Source: the human T2T-CHM13v2.0 reference genome, Homo sapiens. From it: DNA of 64,000 bases. A model generated the notes under the pieces. The model made no database searches and was not told where the DNA came from. It saw nothing but the letters and a program-made list of their open reading frames with translations. The first letter of the stretch is position 1, and each line of letters begins with the position of its first letter. A program made the translations under genes and the position numbers. This document shows, piece by piece, positions 30,453 through 43,333 of this stretch. The stretch lies in assembly GCF_009914755.1 (NCBI RefSeq), contig NC_060940.1. One strand, 5' to 3'.

Positions 30453-32539
30453 TCAAAGAACAACTTTCTACCCATCCCTAGAAGTAGCTCTCTGGGGCCA
30501 GGTGAGAACATCAGCCTTTTCCCTCAGTTTTTCTCCAGTTGCCTATCCTTTTCATTAACTGATTCAGCCTCCACCCCCAGCCCAGTCCCAACTAGGCCAG
30601 AGCTGGCCTCAGAGGTCTGACACAGCCCCTCCTTTGCAAGAGGGGAAACTAAGGCACAGGTCAGGCAAGAGACTTGTTTAGGGTCACAGAGCAGGTTGGT
30701 GGCTAAGCTGGGACTGGAATGCAGGTTTCTGGTCCCCAAGACTGATCAGCAGCCTGTGCCCTGGGAGTGGGAACAAAGTCAGCCTGGGGGTGCTTGGGGG
30801 CTATGGAGGGGGAGCAGGGTTGGCTGGGGGCTCATGCCGTTGGGGAATTTCAGTCTTTGCCCCTGCTCGGCAACTTTGCAGGCTGTTAGGAGATGCGGTG
30901 GGGGGCCTGCCCACTCTGCACCTGCCTCTCCCTGGACCCCATGGTTGGGCTCTGACCCTGCAGGGCTTCCTCTGACACTAAGCGTGCCTTCTTGGCCATT
31001 TGCCAATTTGTCTTGCAAGCTTGGCCTGTTGGACATCATGACCTGTGCAGACAACCTGGTTATCAGCACCCCCAGTTTACTGATGAGGAAACTGAGGCCA
31101 GAGTGTGCAGGCGACTGCTATTCACAGGCCATTGGTAGCAGAGCTGGGATTGGGTGCAGGCATCCTCCCAGAGGCCAAGCGTAGCTGGGAGAGGTGTGCT
31201 GTGGCAGGTAAGGCAGGTGCGGCAGGTGCAGCAGGTGCTTCCCGATCTTGAGGGAGGCCCTTTCTTCATCTGCCCTCATCCTTTGGCTGTGGCGCCCTCC
31301 TCCCTCACCCATGCCACTCTGCGTGCTTCCCCACCCTGGGCCTGGTGCAGGATTCTGGCTGGCTACCCTGCTCGGCCATTCACGTCACAGGTGTTTGCCA
31401 GGACCAGCTGCGGGACACACACACACAGATCCCACCACGACAGTTTGGCAAGTCAGGGGCCGGGATATTGGACCCACACTGGGAAGGCCTCTTGGTACGG
31501 GAGGTGCCTGGGAGAGCAGGGCATGGGGGCCACAGGGCTCTGGGGACAGAGAGGGCTGGGCTTGGGGGGATGGGACCTTGAATACCAGCAACATTGAATC
31601 CCTGGGTCCCACGAGGTTTACTGGGGGCCTCTTAGGTCAGGCTTGCACTGGGCAGAGCAGCTGCTGGCTTCATGGAGCTCAGGGTCTCTTGAGAGAGTTC
31701 GCGTTAATATGAGATTCCCTTGGCAAATGAAAAATCTGCCTGAGACCCAGCCTACCAGGGGAGCCGAGAGCCGGCAGGACCGGGGGCGCGAGACGGAGCA
31801 TGCAGGTTTTTTGTCTGGAGCTGCGTGGCGTCCCAGGCAGGGTGTGGGCCCAGGGGCCTGAGCGGGGCCTCTTCCCTGGAGGCTTCCATGCCCCCCTCAC
31901 TCCAAGGTCCCCACTTCCCCTTTTTGAGGCCAACAGGGCCCCAAAGCAGCCCTGAGCCTGCTGAGGCTCGGCCGGAGGAAGCCAGGCTGTGGTTTCTGCC
32001 AACAGTGGCCGGGTGAGGAAGTGGGTGTCCTGTCTGCATCTGTGAAAGCTGGGGGTTTCTAGAACATACTCCCTGCAAGGGCTGTGGTTGTGCTGGGGAC
32101 GCTGCCAGATCAGCTGGACTGGGGAAGGATTTTCCGAGCACCCAGGGACCTGGCCCTGCAGTTGCAGTATGGAGTCCCAGCCTCTTGCTTCCAGCAGGTC
32201 TTCTGGCTGGAGAACCTGGACCCAGCCAGCCAGTATTTGATAAGGAGACCACAGTCCTGCCTTAGTTGCAGGGAAGGGATAAGGGGGTGTGTGTGGGGTT
32301 GCTCAGCAGGCTTCCTGGAGGAGGAGGCCCTCCTGGAGTTCGCTGGCCTGAACTTGCTCCTGCAAGGCAGAGGGAAGTAATTCGATGGGGTCCCCTGAGC
32401 TCCCCACCTCTTGGTCATAGCTCTGTCCTGGGCCTTGTTTGTAGGGAAGAGGTTGGTGTTTTGGGATATTATGGGATTTCTGGATGCCAGCCCCATGAGG
32501 GTGATAGGGACCCCGGATATCCTGTGTTTAAATCCCAGC

Positions 32540-32781
32540 TTTTTTTTTTTTTTCCAGACAGGATTCTGCTCTATCACCCAGGCAGGAGTGCAGTGGCATG
32601 ATCATAGTTCAGTGAATGTAGCCTTGACCTCCTGGGTTCAAGCAATTCTCCTGCCTCAGCCTCTCAAGTAGCTTGGACTACAAGTGTATGCCACCAAGCC
32701 TGGCTAATTAAAAAAAAAATAAACAACTTTTTATAGCGATGGGGTCTCATTATATTGCCCAGGCTGGTCTTAAACTCCTGA
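32540..32781 (-). mobile_element. Alu (partial)
   Basis: Antisense, 5'-truncated. Confidence 0.88.
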
Positions 32782-33009
32782 ACTCCTGGCTGGGGCTGGG
32801 CTGTGGAGCCTGGAAAGTGTGATGGAGGGATGAGCGGGGCTGTCCCCTCCAAGACCCAGCTCCTTTCTGGAGGACTGGCTGTGTCTGCAGGGGCACACTC
32901 TTACCTCTGTGCTGACTGAGACCCTTCCAGTTGACTCTGAACCCACTGAGGGGCCACGGGTGCTTGTTAGACGCAACAAACTGGGTCCAGAAGCCTGATG
33001 TGGACTTTG

Positions 33010-33480
33010 AGACTCTTGGTTGCGAGTGACAGAAGCTCAAACTGGCTGAAGCTGAAAGGGGCATTGCTTGTCCCATGTGGTTAAATATCTAGAGGTTGCG
33101 TAAGCTTCAGGCACAGCTGGCTCCTGTGACCCCAGGAGGTGTTGCCAGGCCCCTGTCTTGTGCCAGTTCTCCATGTTGGTGTCAGTTTCAGGTGGGCTCT
33201 CTCCTTGTGGTGGCTCGGGTGTCTGCTGACAGTGTCAGGTCACCGACAAAAGAGAACGCCTCTTTCCCTGGGTCAGCAGAAGTCCAAAGAGAGCCTTCAC
33301 TTCCCAGGCCTGTGGCATTAGGGCTTGAGAGGGACTTTGCTGATTGGCCACACTGGGGTCATGTGGCCCATGAACCAGGGTACTGAGGGTCGGGAGAAGG
33401 GACATTGCACAGCAGAAGCATGAAATACCCTCCTCCCATGTGGACACCTTCCCCACAGGGGAGTCCCCTCTTCTTTAAAA
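33010..33480. mobile_element. MLT1J/K-like LTR
   Basis: ctcttggttgcgagtgacagaagctcaaactggct...gcttcaggcacagctgg. Confidence 0.55.
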
Positions 33481-34569
33481 TGGGGCTGCTCACCCTGCTC
33501 TACCACTGGGGTGGTCGTGAGGTGAGAGTAAGTAAGGGACCCCCTGGGACTGCAGTCTCCTCAGGAAGAGGGGACGTGATACCTCTGCTCTTGGTGGCTT
33601 TGGAGTTCAGACAGGACCCATGCGGTGTGGGTGAGGGAGTGACAGGGAGGCAGGGCTTGCCTTGAGCTAAGGGAGGACTCAGGGCCAGAAAAAGTGCCCA
33701 GTGATGGAGGAGACTGCCCTGAGAGGTGGTGAGCACCCCCGTCATGGAGGTGTGCAAGCTAACAGCAGGGTCATTCAATCCGGGAGCCCTGGATTGGATG
33801 TGTCTCAGACATGGCAGAAGGATTCCTTTATCCAGGGCCTTGTGGGGAGGCCCTCCCTGTTGCCAACTGAGTCGAGGGCTGGTGGAAGAACTGGTGATTG
33901 GACAGGAGGCCTTGAAAACTTCCCGGGCAGGGGGTGCCTCTGGGTCTGGCTTTGGCGGGGTGGCTCCTAGGGAGGAGCTGGCCTGGGGACATGCCACTGG
34001 TGGTGGGTTCCTGGGCCCCCTCTGGAGATGTGATCAGTGAGTTCATTCCCCCCAGGCCTCACGGTGCCCGGCTTGTTCCAGGAGCTGGCCAAGGTCCCTG
34101 GATGGGCTGAAGTCCTTGTGCCCATGTTGTCCACTGTCCACCTGCGCCTGCCTGCCGTTGCCCAGAAAGTGGCCTAATGAGTTCCTTGAGAGGCGTGTTT
34201 ACCAGGCCTGTGTTCCCACGGGCCCTTGGGACTCTCTCAGCTGGTTCCTCCCTTTCCTCGTGGTGGCCCAGCCTGGCTTTGTGTGCCTGGAGCGGGTGTG
34301 TCCACACACTCTCACACTTGCACTTTCATGCACGTGTCTGGCCGCCTCAGCTCTGGTCTGGGGGCTTTGCCTGGGAGATGGAGCAGTTGTGGGGAGTGGC
34401 CTCAGCCCTCTGGTGTTTGGAGCTTCTCAGCCTGGCTGTCCTGGTGCACTGGTGTTTGGCAGCAGGCCAGGGGTCAGGTGGGTTTGCTGTTTGTGTGCTG
34501 TGGCATCTGGCTCAGTCCCCCGGGATGTCAGTGGGCAAGCCTGGGCTGAGGAGCCCTGGTTTGGGAGCT

Positions 34570-34765
34570 GGCAGACCTGGGTTTGCATCCCAGCCTATCT
34601 GTCCACCAGCTCCAGCAGTGTGATCTTAGGCAACCACTCTGCCTCTCTGGGCTCAGTTCTGCATCTGTGAGACGGTGGTGCCACCTTGGCCTTTGCCGGT
34701 TGTGAAGATGAGAGTGAATGTGTGTGCAGGTGCCGGGGGTGACAGGAACTGCTGCTGTTATTACT
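34570..34765 (+). mobile_element. MIR
   Basis: cagacctgggtttgcatcccagc...tgtgatcttaggcaa...ctcagttctgcatctgtga. Confidence 0.7.
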
Positions 34766-35949
34766 GCAAAGGGCTATTTTGGGGTGGGGGGTGCTGAATT
34801 GAATGTATCTCAGGCAGGGACCTTATCTTGTTTGGCAACCCCCACAGCACAGGGTTGGATGTATATGGTTAGCACACAGTAAATGCCTCTTGTGGAATAC
34901 AGACTGATTAGTTTAGATTTAGAGGTTGTAAACTAGTGGGCTGCAAATATTGAAAAATTTGAAATCAGCTGCCAACATTTAAAAATCATCATTTCACGTA
35001 GAAATCAGATTTGTAGCCTGTCTGAGCACTTTGGGCACTTTGACAGCTCTTGGCCACATCCCTGAAGGGTTGCCCCTCGTTGAACAGGTGCCAAGGCCTG
35101 TAGACACCTGCCCAGGCACTGAAGGGGATGGGGCCCCCAGCAAATGACCCCTTCCTCCTTCCCCAAATATGTGGTTTTACCATTTTGTTCCTGGTGTGTG
35201 GTGATGGAATAGGAACTTCCAGAGGAAATAGAGCCTGAGGTGGCTCCTGGAATTGAGGTGGCCCCAGGGATCTCATACTAGCAGGTGCTGGTTGGGGACT
35301 TGGGGACCCTGGATATCCTGCTTTTTGCCTTTGGGGGCTGGGGGCTCACCTGGCCATCTTCCCTCCGCTGGACCAGCTGTCCTTTGAAGCTTCTGCTGGC
35401 GGCTGGCCATTTGTGCCCTGTGACTGCTCTGAGCTGTCCCGTGTCTCACAGCCTCCCTGCCCTCTGCCTCTGGCCCTGTCCTGGTTCCAATCTGAGGCAG
35501 GCCTGGAGGACACTGGGGGCGTGGACTCTTGGTCCAGGGTTGCCCCCTTCATGCAAGGTTCCTGCTGGGAATATGGCAGCTGTCCCCAAGTCCCCATTGC
35601 TGTGTGAGGGATTGCACAATTTTGGTAATTTTCCTACCTTTGGAGACTGATGGGGATCCCTGGGGAGAGAGAGCCCAGACTAGCACACAGGAGATATAAG
35701 GGCTGGCAGGCGTAGGTGTGATTCACAAGCCTTTTTGGAATCAATGAATATGCTAAGGAATGAATGGTGCTGGGGAAAGAAGGAACCCATATGGGCTGAG
35801 CATGGCAAGTGTGGGGTCAGCTCACAGTGTTGTCACAAAGGGGCCACTGTGTCCCTCTCTGAGACTCAGCTCCCTTTTCTGTGAAGCACGGCTTGCAGAC
35901 ATCTGAAATTTGTATCAGTGGGCTATTTAAAAAAATAAACAAGATTTTT

Positions 35950-36276
35950 GCTGGGTACAGTGCCTGAAAGCTTAACACTTCGGAGGCTGAGGAGGGTAGA
36001 TTGCTTGAGCTTAGGAGTTCAAGACTAGCCTGGGCAACATGGCAAAACCCCATCTCTACAAAAAATACATGGCCTACTGCAGCCTAAGTCTCCCCAGGCT
36101 CAGGTAATTCTCCCACCTTAGCCTCCTGCATAGCTGAGGTCCCAGCTACGCAGGAGTCTGAGGTGGGAGGATTGCCTGAGCCCTGGGAGGTTGAGGCTGC
36201 AGCGGGCTATGATCACACCACTTCACTCCAGCCTGGGTGACAGAGTGAGACCCCATCTCAAAAAAAAAAAAAAAAA
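35950..36276 (+). mobile_element. Alu (AluJ-like) with internal inverted duplication
   Basis: 36077-36136 is the reverse complement of 36143-36202. Confidence 0.9.
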
Positions 36277-36489
36277 GAGAGAAAGAAAATGCAGTTTTAT
36301 GTGGAGCTTACTGTAACACAGATGCAGGGGGCTACCCTGGCTGAAGCAGGCATGGGGGCCTGAGCCTATGCCCCCCCACCTTCCCTTCCCATTGGGGGCC
36401 TGATGCATGTCCCCAAATCTCAGGGCTCCTAGGATCACAGCTTGGAACCCTCTGTGCCTGGAGGCATGAGACTCACTGGAAAATGAAGT

Positions 36490-36750
36490 GAATGTGGTGA
36501 TTGCACCAGGACCATGGGGACAGAGCAGAGCCTGGAAACAGACACCATCTGTGTGTGATCACCTGACTTATGACAGAGGTGGCTCCACTGAAATTCAGAG
36601 AGAGGATGGCCGGTTCACTGAACACTGCTGGGATAATTCAATATCCATATGGAAAAAAGAAGTGAACCTTGATCCCTACCTCACACCATACCCAGAGTGA
36701 ATCGAAATGGATCAGAGACCTTTGTGTGAAAGCAAAACAGTGAAACATGC
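36490..36750 (+). mobile_element. Old L1M ORF2 fragment
   Basis: tgctgggataattcaatatccatatggaaaaaa...accttgatccctacctcacaccata. Confidence 0.7.
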
Positions 36751-36849
36751 AGAGCAGAGCTGGCCTGTAGAAGCTTCTGTGATGATAGACATTCTCTGTT
36801 TATCTGTGCTGTCCAGTACAGCAGCTGCATGTAGCCATTGGGTATTTGA

Positions 36850-37144
<295 letters not shown>

Positions 37145-37235
37145 GGCTGTTGAGTATTTGAAATGTGGCTAGTGTGACTGAGGGACTGAATTTCTAATTT
37201 TATTTTAAATTAATTTAAATTTAATTTAAAATAGT

Positions 37236-37548
<313 letters not shown>

Positions 37549-37742
37549 CTACTATCTTGGACAGTGCAGTCCTAGAAGACACAGGGGACTAGCTTTACGA
37601 CAACAGGACATAAAAGTTAGGTTAGGGTTAAGATGGATAAATCAGACTTGGTGCTGTGAGGCCTGGGCCCCGCTCTCCCTGATGCTAGCCCTCCCCTGAC
37701 TTGGACCATTAGGTCAAGTTCCTGTCTGCTTCGTCTCCGCAG

Positions 37743-38010
37743 AGCTGAGGAACTGCGTGTGGAGTCAGCCCAGTCTGGATGCACAGGAGGATGCTGGTGG
37801 CACAGTGAGTGAGGCCTGGTGCCAGAGCTGTGCGGACCCCTTGTTGGCCATGGAGCAGCAGGCCCAGAGGCCCTCTCCCCAGCCCTGCTTGCCTGCCTCG
37901 GAGAGGACAGAGGCCTAGGCCCACGGGGGAGGGTGTTGGCAGACAGATGCCCTCCAGGCCCTGGGGCCTCCTTAACGGCCCCTTAACGACACGCGTGCCA
38001 AGGGTGGAGG
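37743..38010 (+). other. ADCY7: ADCY7 exon 2, 5'UTR part
   Basis: Acceptor ttcctgtctgcttcgtctccgcag|AGCTGAGG, 268 nt upstream of the ATG. Confidence 0.85.
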
Positions 38011-38181
38011 ATGCCAGCCAAGGGGCGCTACTTCCTCAACGAGGGCGAGGAGGGCCCTGACCAAGATGCGCTCTACGAGAAGTACCAGCTCACCAGCCAG
38101 CATGGGCCGCTGCTGCTCACGCTCCTGCTGGTGGCCGCCACTGCCTGCGTGGCCCTCATCATCATTGCCTTCAGCCAGGGG
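38011..38181 (+). CDS. ADCY7: ADCY7 exon 2 coding part (N-terminus, TM1)
   Basis: MPAKGRYFLNE...IIIAFSQG; donor GGG|GTGAGT. Confidence 0.97.
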
Positions 38182-38185
38182 GTGA

Positions 38186-38608
<423 letters not shown>

Positions 38609-38668
38609 AATGCTCTGTCTTTTACAGCACATTTAGACTGGTAGAAGACAAGTTTCTAATTTAAAAAA

Positions 38669-38792
38669 ATTTTTTTTGAGACTGGGCCTTGTTTTGTTGC
38701 CCAGGTTGGCCTTGAACTCCTGGGTTCAAGTAATCATCCTGGCTTATCCTCCTGAGTAGCTGGGAGTACAAGCATGCACGACCATGCCCAGC
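38669..38792 (-). mobile_element. Alu monomer
   Basis: Single antisense arm. Confidence 0.8.
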
Positions 38793-38969
38793 CTCTCTAA
38801 CTTTAATTCAGTTTTGAAGTCTGGAGTGGTTTCAGACATTACATTAACTTGTCCAGATAAACTACTCTCATTTTTCTCCATGATGAAATTCGATTCTACT
38901 GAAGACCTGGGTCAGGGATGGCCTGTGTATCACTGCCCTCACTTCCTGTACCCATGCAGACATCATTAA

Positions 38970-39179
<210 letters not shown>

Positions 39180-39276
39180 TAACACAGCTCTCCAGGCTGG
39201 CACCACCTATGTCATTTCCGGCCCAGGCACTTGCCTTGGTACAGCCACTAGCTGTGTTTAGCTATTGAGCATTTAA

Positions 39277-39630
<354 letters not shown>

Positions 39631-40287
39631 TGAGTTCTAGAAGAACACTCAGAAACTCCAGGGTGTTTATGTGAGTGAAGTGGCCAGGACCTAGCAGCTG
39701 CCAGTGCAGCCTGGATCCATGTGGCTACCAACCACAGGATGCTTGCTACTGTGTGCCAGCCCCCAGATCAGGCCTCTGCCCCCACGGACCTCCCGGATGC
39801 TGTGCCCGTCCTGTCCCACCTCTGTGCCATTGCCCCAGCTCCTCCCCTGTGGGATGACTTTTCCTGGTATCCCTCACCAGCCTCTGCTCACTCACTGAGG
39901 GCCAGGCGCAGTGTCCTCTTTGGGCGGCTTTACAAGGCTCTGCCTGTGAATGAGTCCTGCCCTGTGCTTGTGGTATCACCTGCGGCTGTGCACAGAGCAC
40001 CGTGGGAACCCAGAGAGGAGGCAGAGGCAGATGGAGAGTGATGGCATCATGGGCGGGGCTGTGGGTGATGCTCTGGTTCCCGAGATGATGGGAAGGGGGT
40101 GGTTGAGGCAGCCTTGGCAGAGGTGACAAAGGCCAGAAGGTGAGTGGGAACCAGGTGTGGGAGGGTGCATCCACACCCTTCACGTGGAGGAAGCTGTAAG
40201 TGAGGCAGCCGGCCCGGCAGGCTTTCTGGAGGAGGTGGCTCTGCACTGGGGAAAGCCGAGGCATTCCTGTCTGTTTGCTCCACCCAG

Positions 40288-40491
40288 GACCCCTCCAGAC
40301 ACCAGGCCATTCTGGGCATGGCGTTCCTGGTGCTGGCGGTGTTTGCGGCCCTCTCTGTGCTGATGTACGTCGAGTGTCTCCTGCGGCGCTGGCTCAGGGC
40401 CTTGGCGCTGCTCACCTGGGCCTGCTTGGTGGCGCTGGGCTATGTGCTGGTGTTCGACGCATGGACAAAGGCGGCCTGTGCGTGGGAGCAG
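40288..40491 (+). CDS. ADCY7: ADCY7 exon 3
   Basis: cag|GAC; DPSRHQAILG...ACAWEQ; CAG|GTAACA; 204 nt. Confidence 0.96.
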
Positions 40492-41566
40492 GTAACAGGA
40501 ACTCTGGACTCCCTGCCAGCTGCGCCTTCAGCAGCTCCCATCCCCGTGGTTGGTGGGCATGCCACAGGCCCTTCGTGCCCCACGCTTGGCTGTGTGTCTA
40601 GGATGGCCCCAGGCTGGTTTTGTCCCTGTGAGTTCTCTGCATTGACAGGGCTGAGGTGGGGAGAGCATCCACTCGGACGCTGGGCTGCAGCACTTTTGGG
40701 TGGCTCCAGTTTGGTTGGAGATGACAGAACTTCAGCTCAAAGAGGCAAAAAGGCACAAACTGGTTCCTGTGTCAGGAAAGGCCAAGGGGTCAGTGCTGGG
40801 CTCCAGTGGGTAACTGGAACTGGGGCCTCTGGACAGCTTCGGCCCCGGGCACGCTGTCCCCAGGTGGGGGCAGAGAAGTTCACAGCGGCTCCAGGCTGCC
40901 CACCCCAGTTGAGAGAGAGGGCCCTTTCTCAACCAGCTCGACCTGCAGGCTTGAGCCACACTGGCCTGGCTGTGGTCATGGGCCCAGTCCCAGAGAGGCT
41001 GTCACCAAGCGGTAGCACACTCTGACCAGTGGGCCTGGGTCCTATGACAGCTCCTGTGGCTGGGGCAGGGTGGGGTGAGGCCCAAGGAAACCATGTGGAC
41101 TGAAGGGGAGGGAGAGGGCAGCACTCCCAGAGGGGTGGACGCAGGACCAGCCGGTGGGGATGGTGGGGCAGCTCTGGGGGTGGAGGGAGGGCGGGTGGGG
41201 CCGCATTGCTGGAGGCAGCTGGTGAGAGGGTGCCTCAGCCTCCCGGTAATCATTTCTGCTGAGCGAGAACCACGTGGCAGGGGCACCAGGTGGGGGCTCC
41301 CTGGATCACGCGGGGCATGGAGCCTCCCACCTAGGGTGGCCACAGGCAGTGGATCAGCACAGGAAACCATGAACCTTGTGGCCGGGCCCACCCTAGAAAC
41401 ACATTATGGCTTTTCTTGTTCCCTTGTATGTCTGCCCACGCAGGGGGTGGCGAGGGAGCCAACCTAAGGATACGCACTGGGTGGGCTGCTGTGGTGCAGG
41501 GTTCCGGGGGCTGTACGGCCTGGGGCAGCATCTTGGGGCACCGGGCTCACCAGGCTGCATCCACAG

Positions 41567-41728
41567 GTGCCCTTCTTCCTGTTCATTGTCTTCGTGGTGT
41601 ACACACTACTGCCCTTCAGCATGCGGGGCGCTGTCGCCGTTGGGGCCGTCTCCACTGCCTCCCACCTCCTGGTGCTCGGTTCTTTGATGGGAGGCTTCAC
41701 GACACCCAGTGTCCGGGTGGGGCTGCAG
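41567..41728 (+). CDS. ADCY7: ADCY7 exon 4
   Basis: VPFFLFIVFVVYTLLPF...RVGLQ; CAG|GTGAGG; 162 nt. Confidence 0.96.
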
Positions 41729-42446
41729 GTGAGGGATGGGCTAAGGCCTCTGGGGGAGGTTTTGTGGTCTGGGTCTAAGGGCAGATGGGGGGGCCCCCTC
41801 TGGGTGAATCAGACCCGAAGGCCCCGGAGCCGTGTTTGCAGACAGCCCGCTCCAAGGCCGGGCCCTCTCCACGTCTGCTCGGAAGCTGGGCTCCAGGCGT
41901 GGCCCTGCCCTCTGGCCTTTGCTTTGCTGGCCTAGGGCTCCCCTGTGGCTCAGCCCTCAGGGTCGTGACCTCAGGCCTTGCCTCCCGGTTCAGGGACACT
42001 GTCGTGGGGTGAGTCCCATTGCCGAAGTTTCCCCTCGAAGGCCCTGTCCTGGCGGGGCTTGGGGGAGTACCCCAGGGCACTGCCTTGTGTCTTTGTGTTG
42101 AATGAGTGAATCTTCTGTTCATAATTATTGGGTGTTTAGAGAAGTGTTTTCCCTCTGACCAGGCCTGGTGTCCTCTCCAGGCAGAGGCTGGCCCTCCACA
42201 CAGCCAGCTGGGCGCTGTGCCCTCTGGGACTGCCCTTAGCACGCATGCCCCTCGGGCCCTGGGCTCTGTGAGGTGGTCTCTTCTGCCTCCCTGGGTGTCC
42301 TGGTCTTGCAGTCCTAGTGACTCACTAGGAGACTAGCTCCTGTCTGGGCCTCAGTTTCCCTGTCTGCCCCAGGAAGAGTGCCATTCTCAGTGGGTTGAAG
42401 GTCAGGGAATGGGAAGAGGTGCCATCACTAGTCCGCCTAGGGGTCT

Positions 42447-42506
42447 GGTGCCTCGGGAGGGCATGGGCCAGGCCACATAATGAGCCAAACCCCTGTCTAC
42501 CCGCAG
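42447..42506 (+). ncRNA. MIR6771: microRNA 6771 precursor (5'-tailed mirtron)
   Basis: Sequence GGTGCCTCGGGAGGGCATGGGCCAGGC...CAAACCCCTGTCTACCCGCAG recognised as mir-6771; ends at the intron 4 AG; 5p ~42452-42473, 3p ~42486-42506. Confidence 0.85.
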
Positions 42507-42656
42507 CTGCTGGCCAACGCAGTCATCTTCCTGTGTGGGAACCTGACAGGCGCCTTCCACAAGCACCAAATGCAGGATGCGTCCCGGGACCTCTTCACCT
42601 ACACTGTGAAGTGCATCCAGATCCGCCGGAAGCTGCGCATCGAGAAGCGCCAGCAG
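42507..42656 (+). CDS. ADCY7: ADCY7 exon 5
   Basis: LLANAVIFLCGN...IEKRQQ; CAG|GTGGGA; 150 nt. Confidence 0.96.
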
Positions 42657-43184
42657 GTGGGACCCGGCCCCCACTCCTCACCCTGTACACCCCTGTCCTC
42701 TTCCTCTTTCTGTTGGACATGAGACACTCATGCTGCCATGTGCATGAGGTGCATGGCCAGACACCCATGCAGGTCTCACCTCGGTGAGTCCTGGGCTCCA
42801 GCAGGGTAACCATAGCCTGCTGACCCTTGACTCTGCCTTCCTCTGTGTGGTTTCAGTCCTGGGCACGCAGTCCCCAGGTGGCGGCAGAGAAGGCCGTAGT
42901 GGCTCCAGGCTGCTCACCCATCAGCTTAGCCTCCCCAGCTGAAAGAGCCCTTTCTCAGTCACCCTGAGTCCCGGGGGCTGCTGGGTACATGGGAGGTAGA
43001 TGCTCAGTTGGGTTGGTGGAGGACAAGAGCAGAGATGGGGACATTGTGGGCAGGGCAGGCAGGCAGGGAGGATGGGGGCCAAGGAGGCCAGGTCTGGGAC
43101 CTGATGCTACCCTGCCTGTCCCCCGCTGGTCCCTCCGCCGGTCGCTTTGCTGGTCCCTCTGCTGGTCTGCCCACCCACACCCAG

Positions 43185-43333
43185 GAGAACCTGCTGCTGT
43201 CAGTGCTTCCGGCCCACATCTCCATGGGCATGAAGCTGGCCATCATCGAACGGCTCAAGGAGCATGGTGACCGTCGCTGCATGCCTGACAACAACTTCCA
43301 CAGCCTCTACGTCAAGAGGCACCAGAATGTCAG
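43185..43333 (+). CDS. ADCY7: ADCY7 exon 6 (start of C1a)
   Basis: ENLLLSVLPAHI...YVKRHQNV; AG|GTGGGC; 149 nt. Confidence 0.96.

Noticed and set aside
30199-30456. ORF with real protein similarity on the minus strand
   Set aside because: Fragment of a dead L1 ORF2, not an independent gene.
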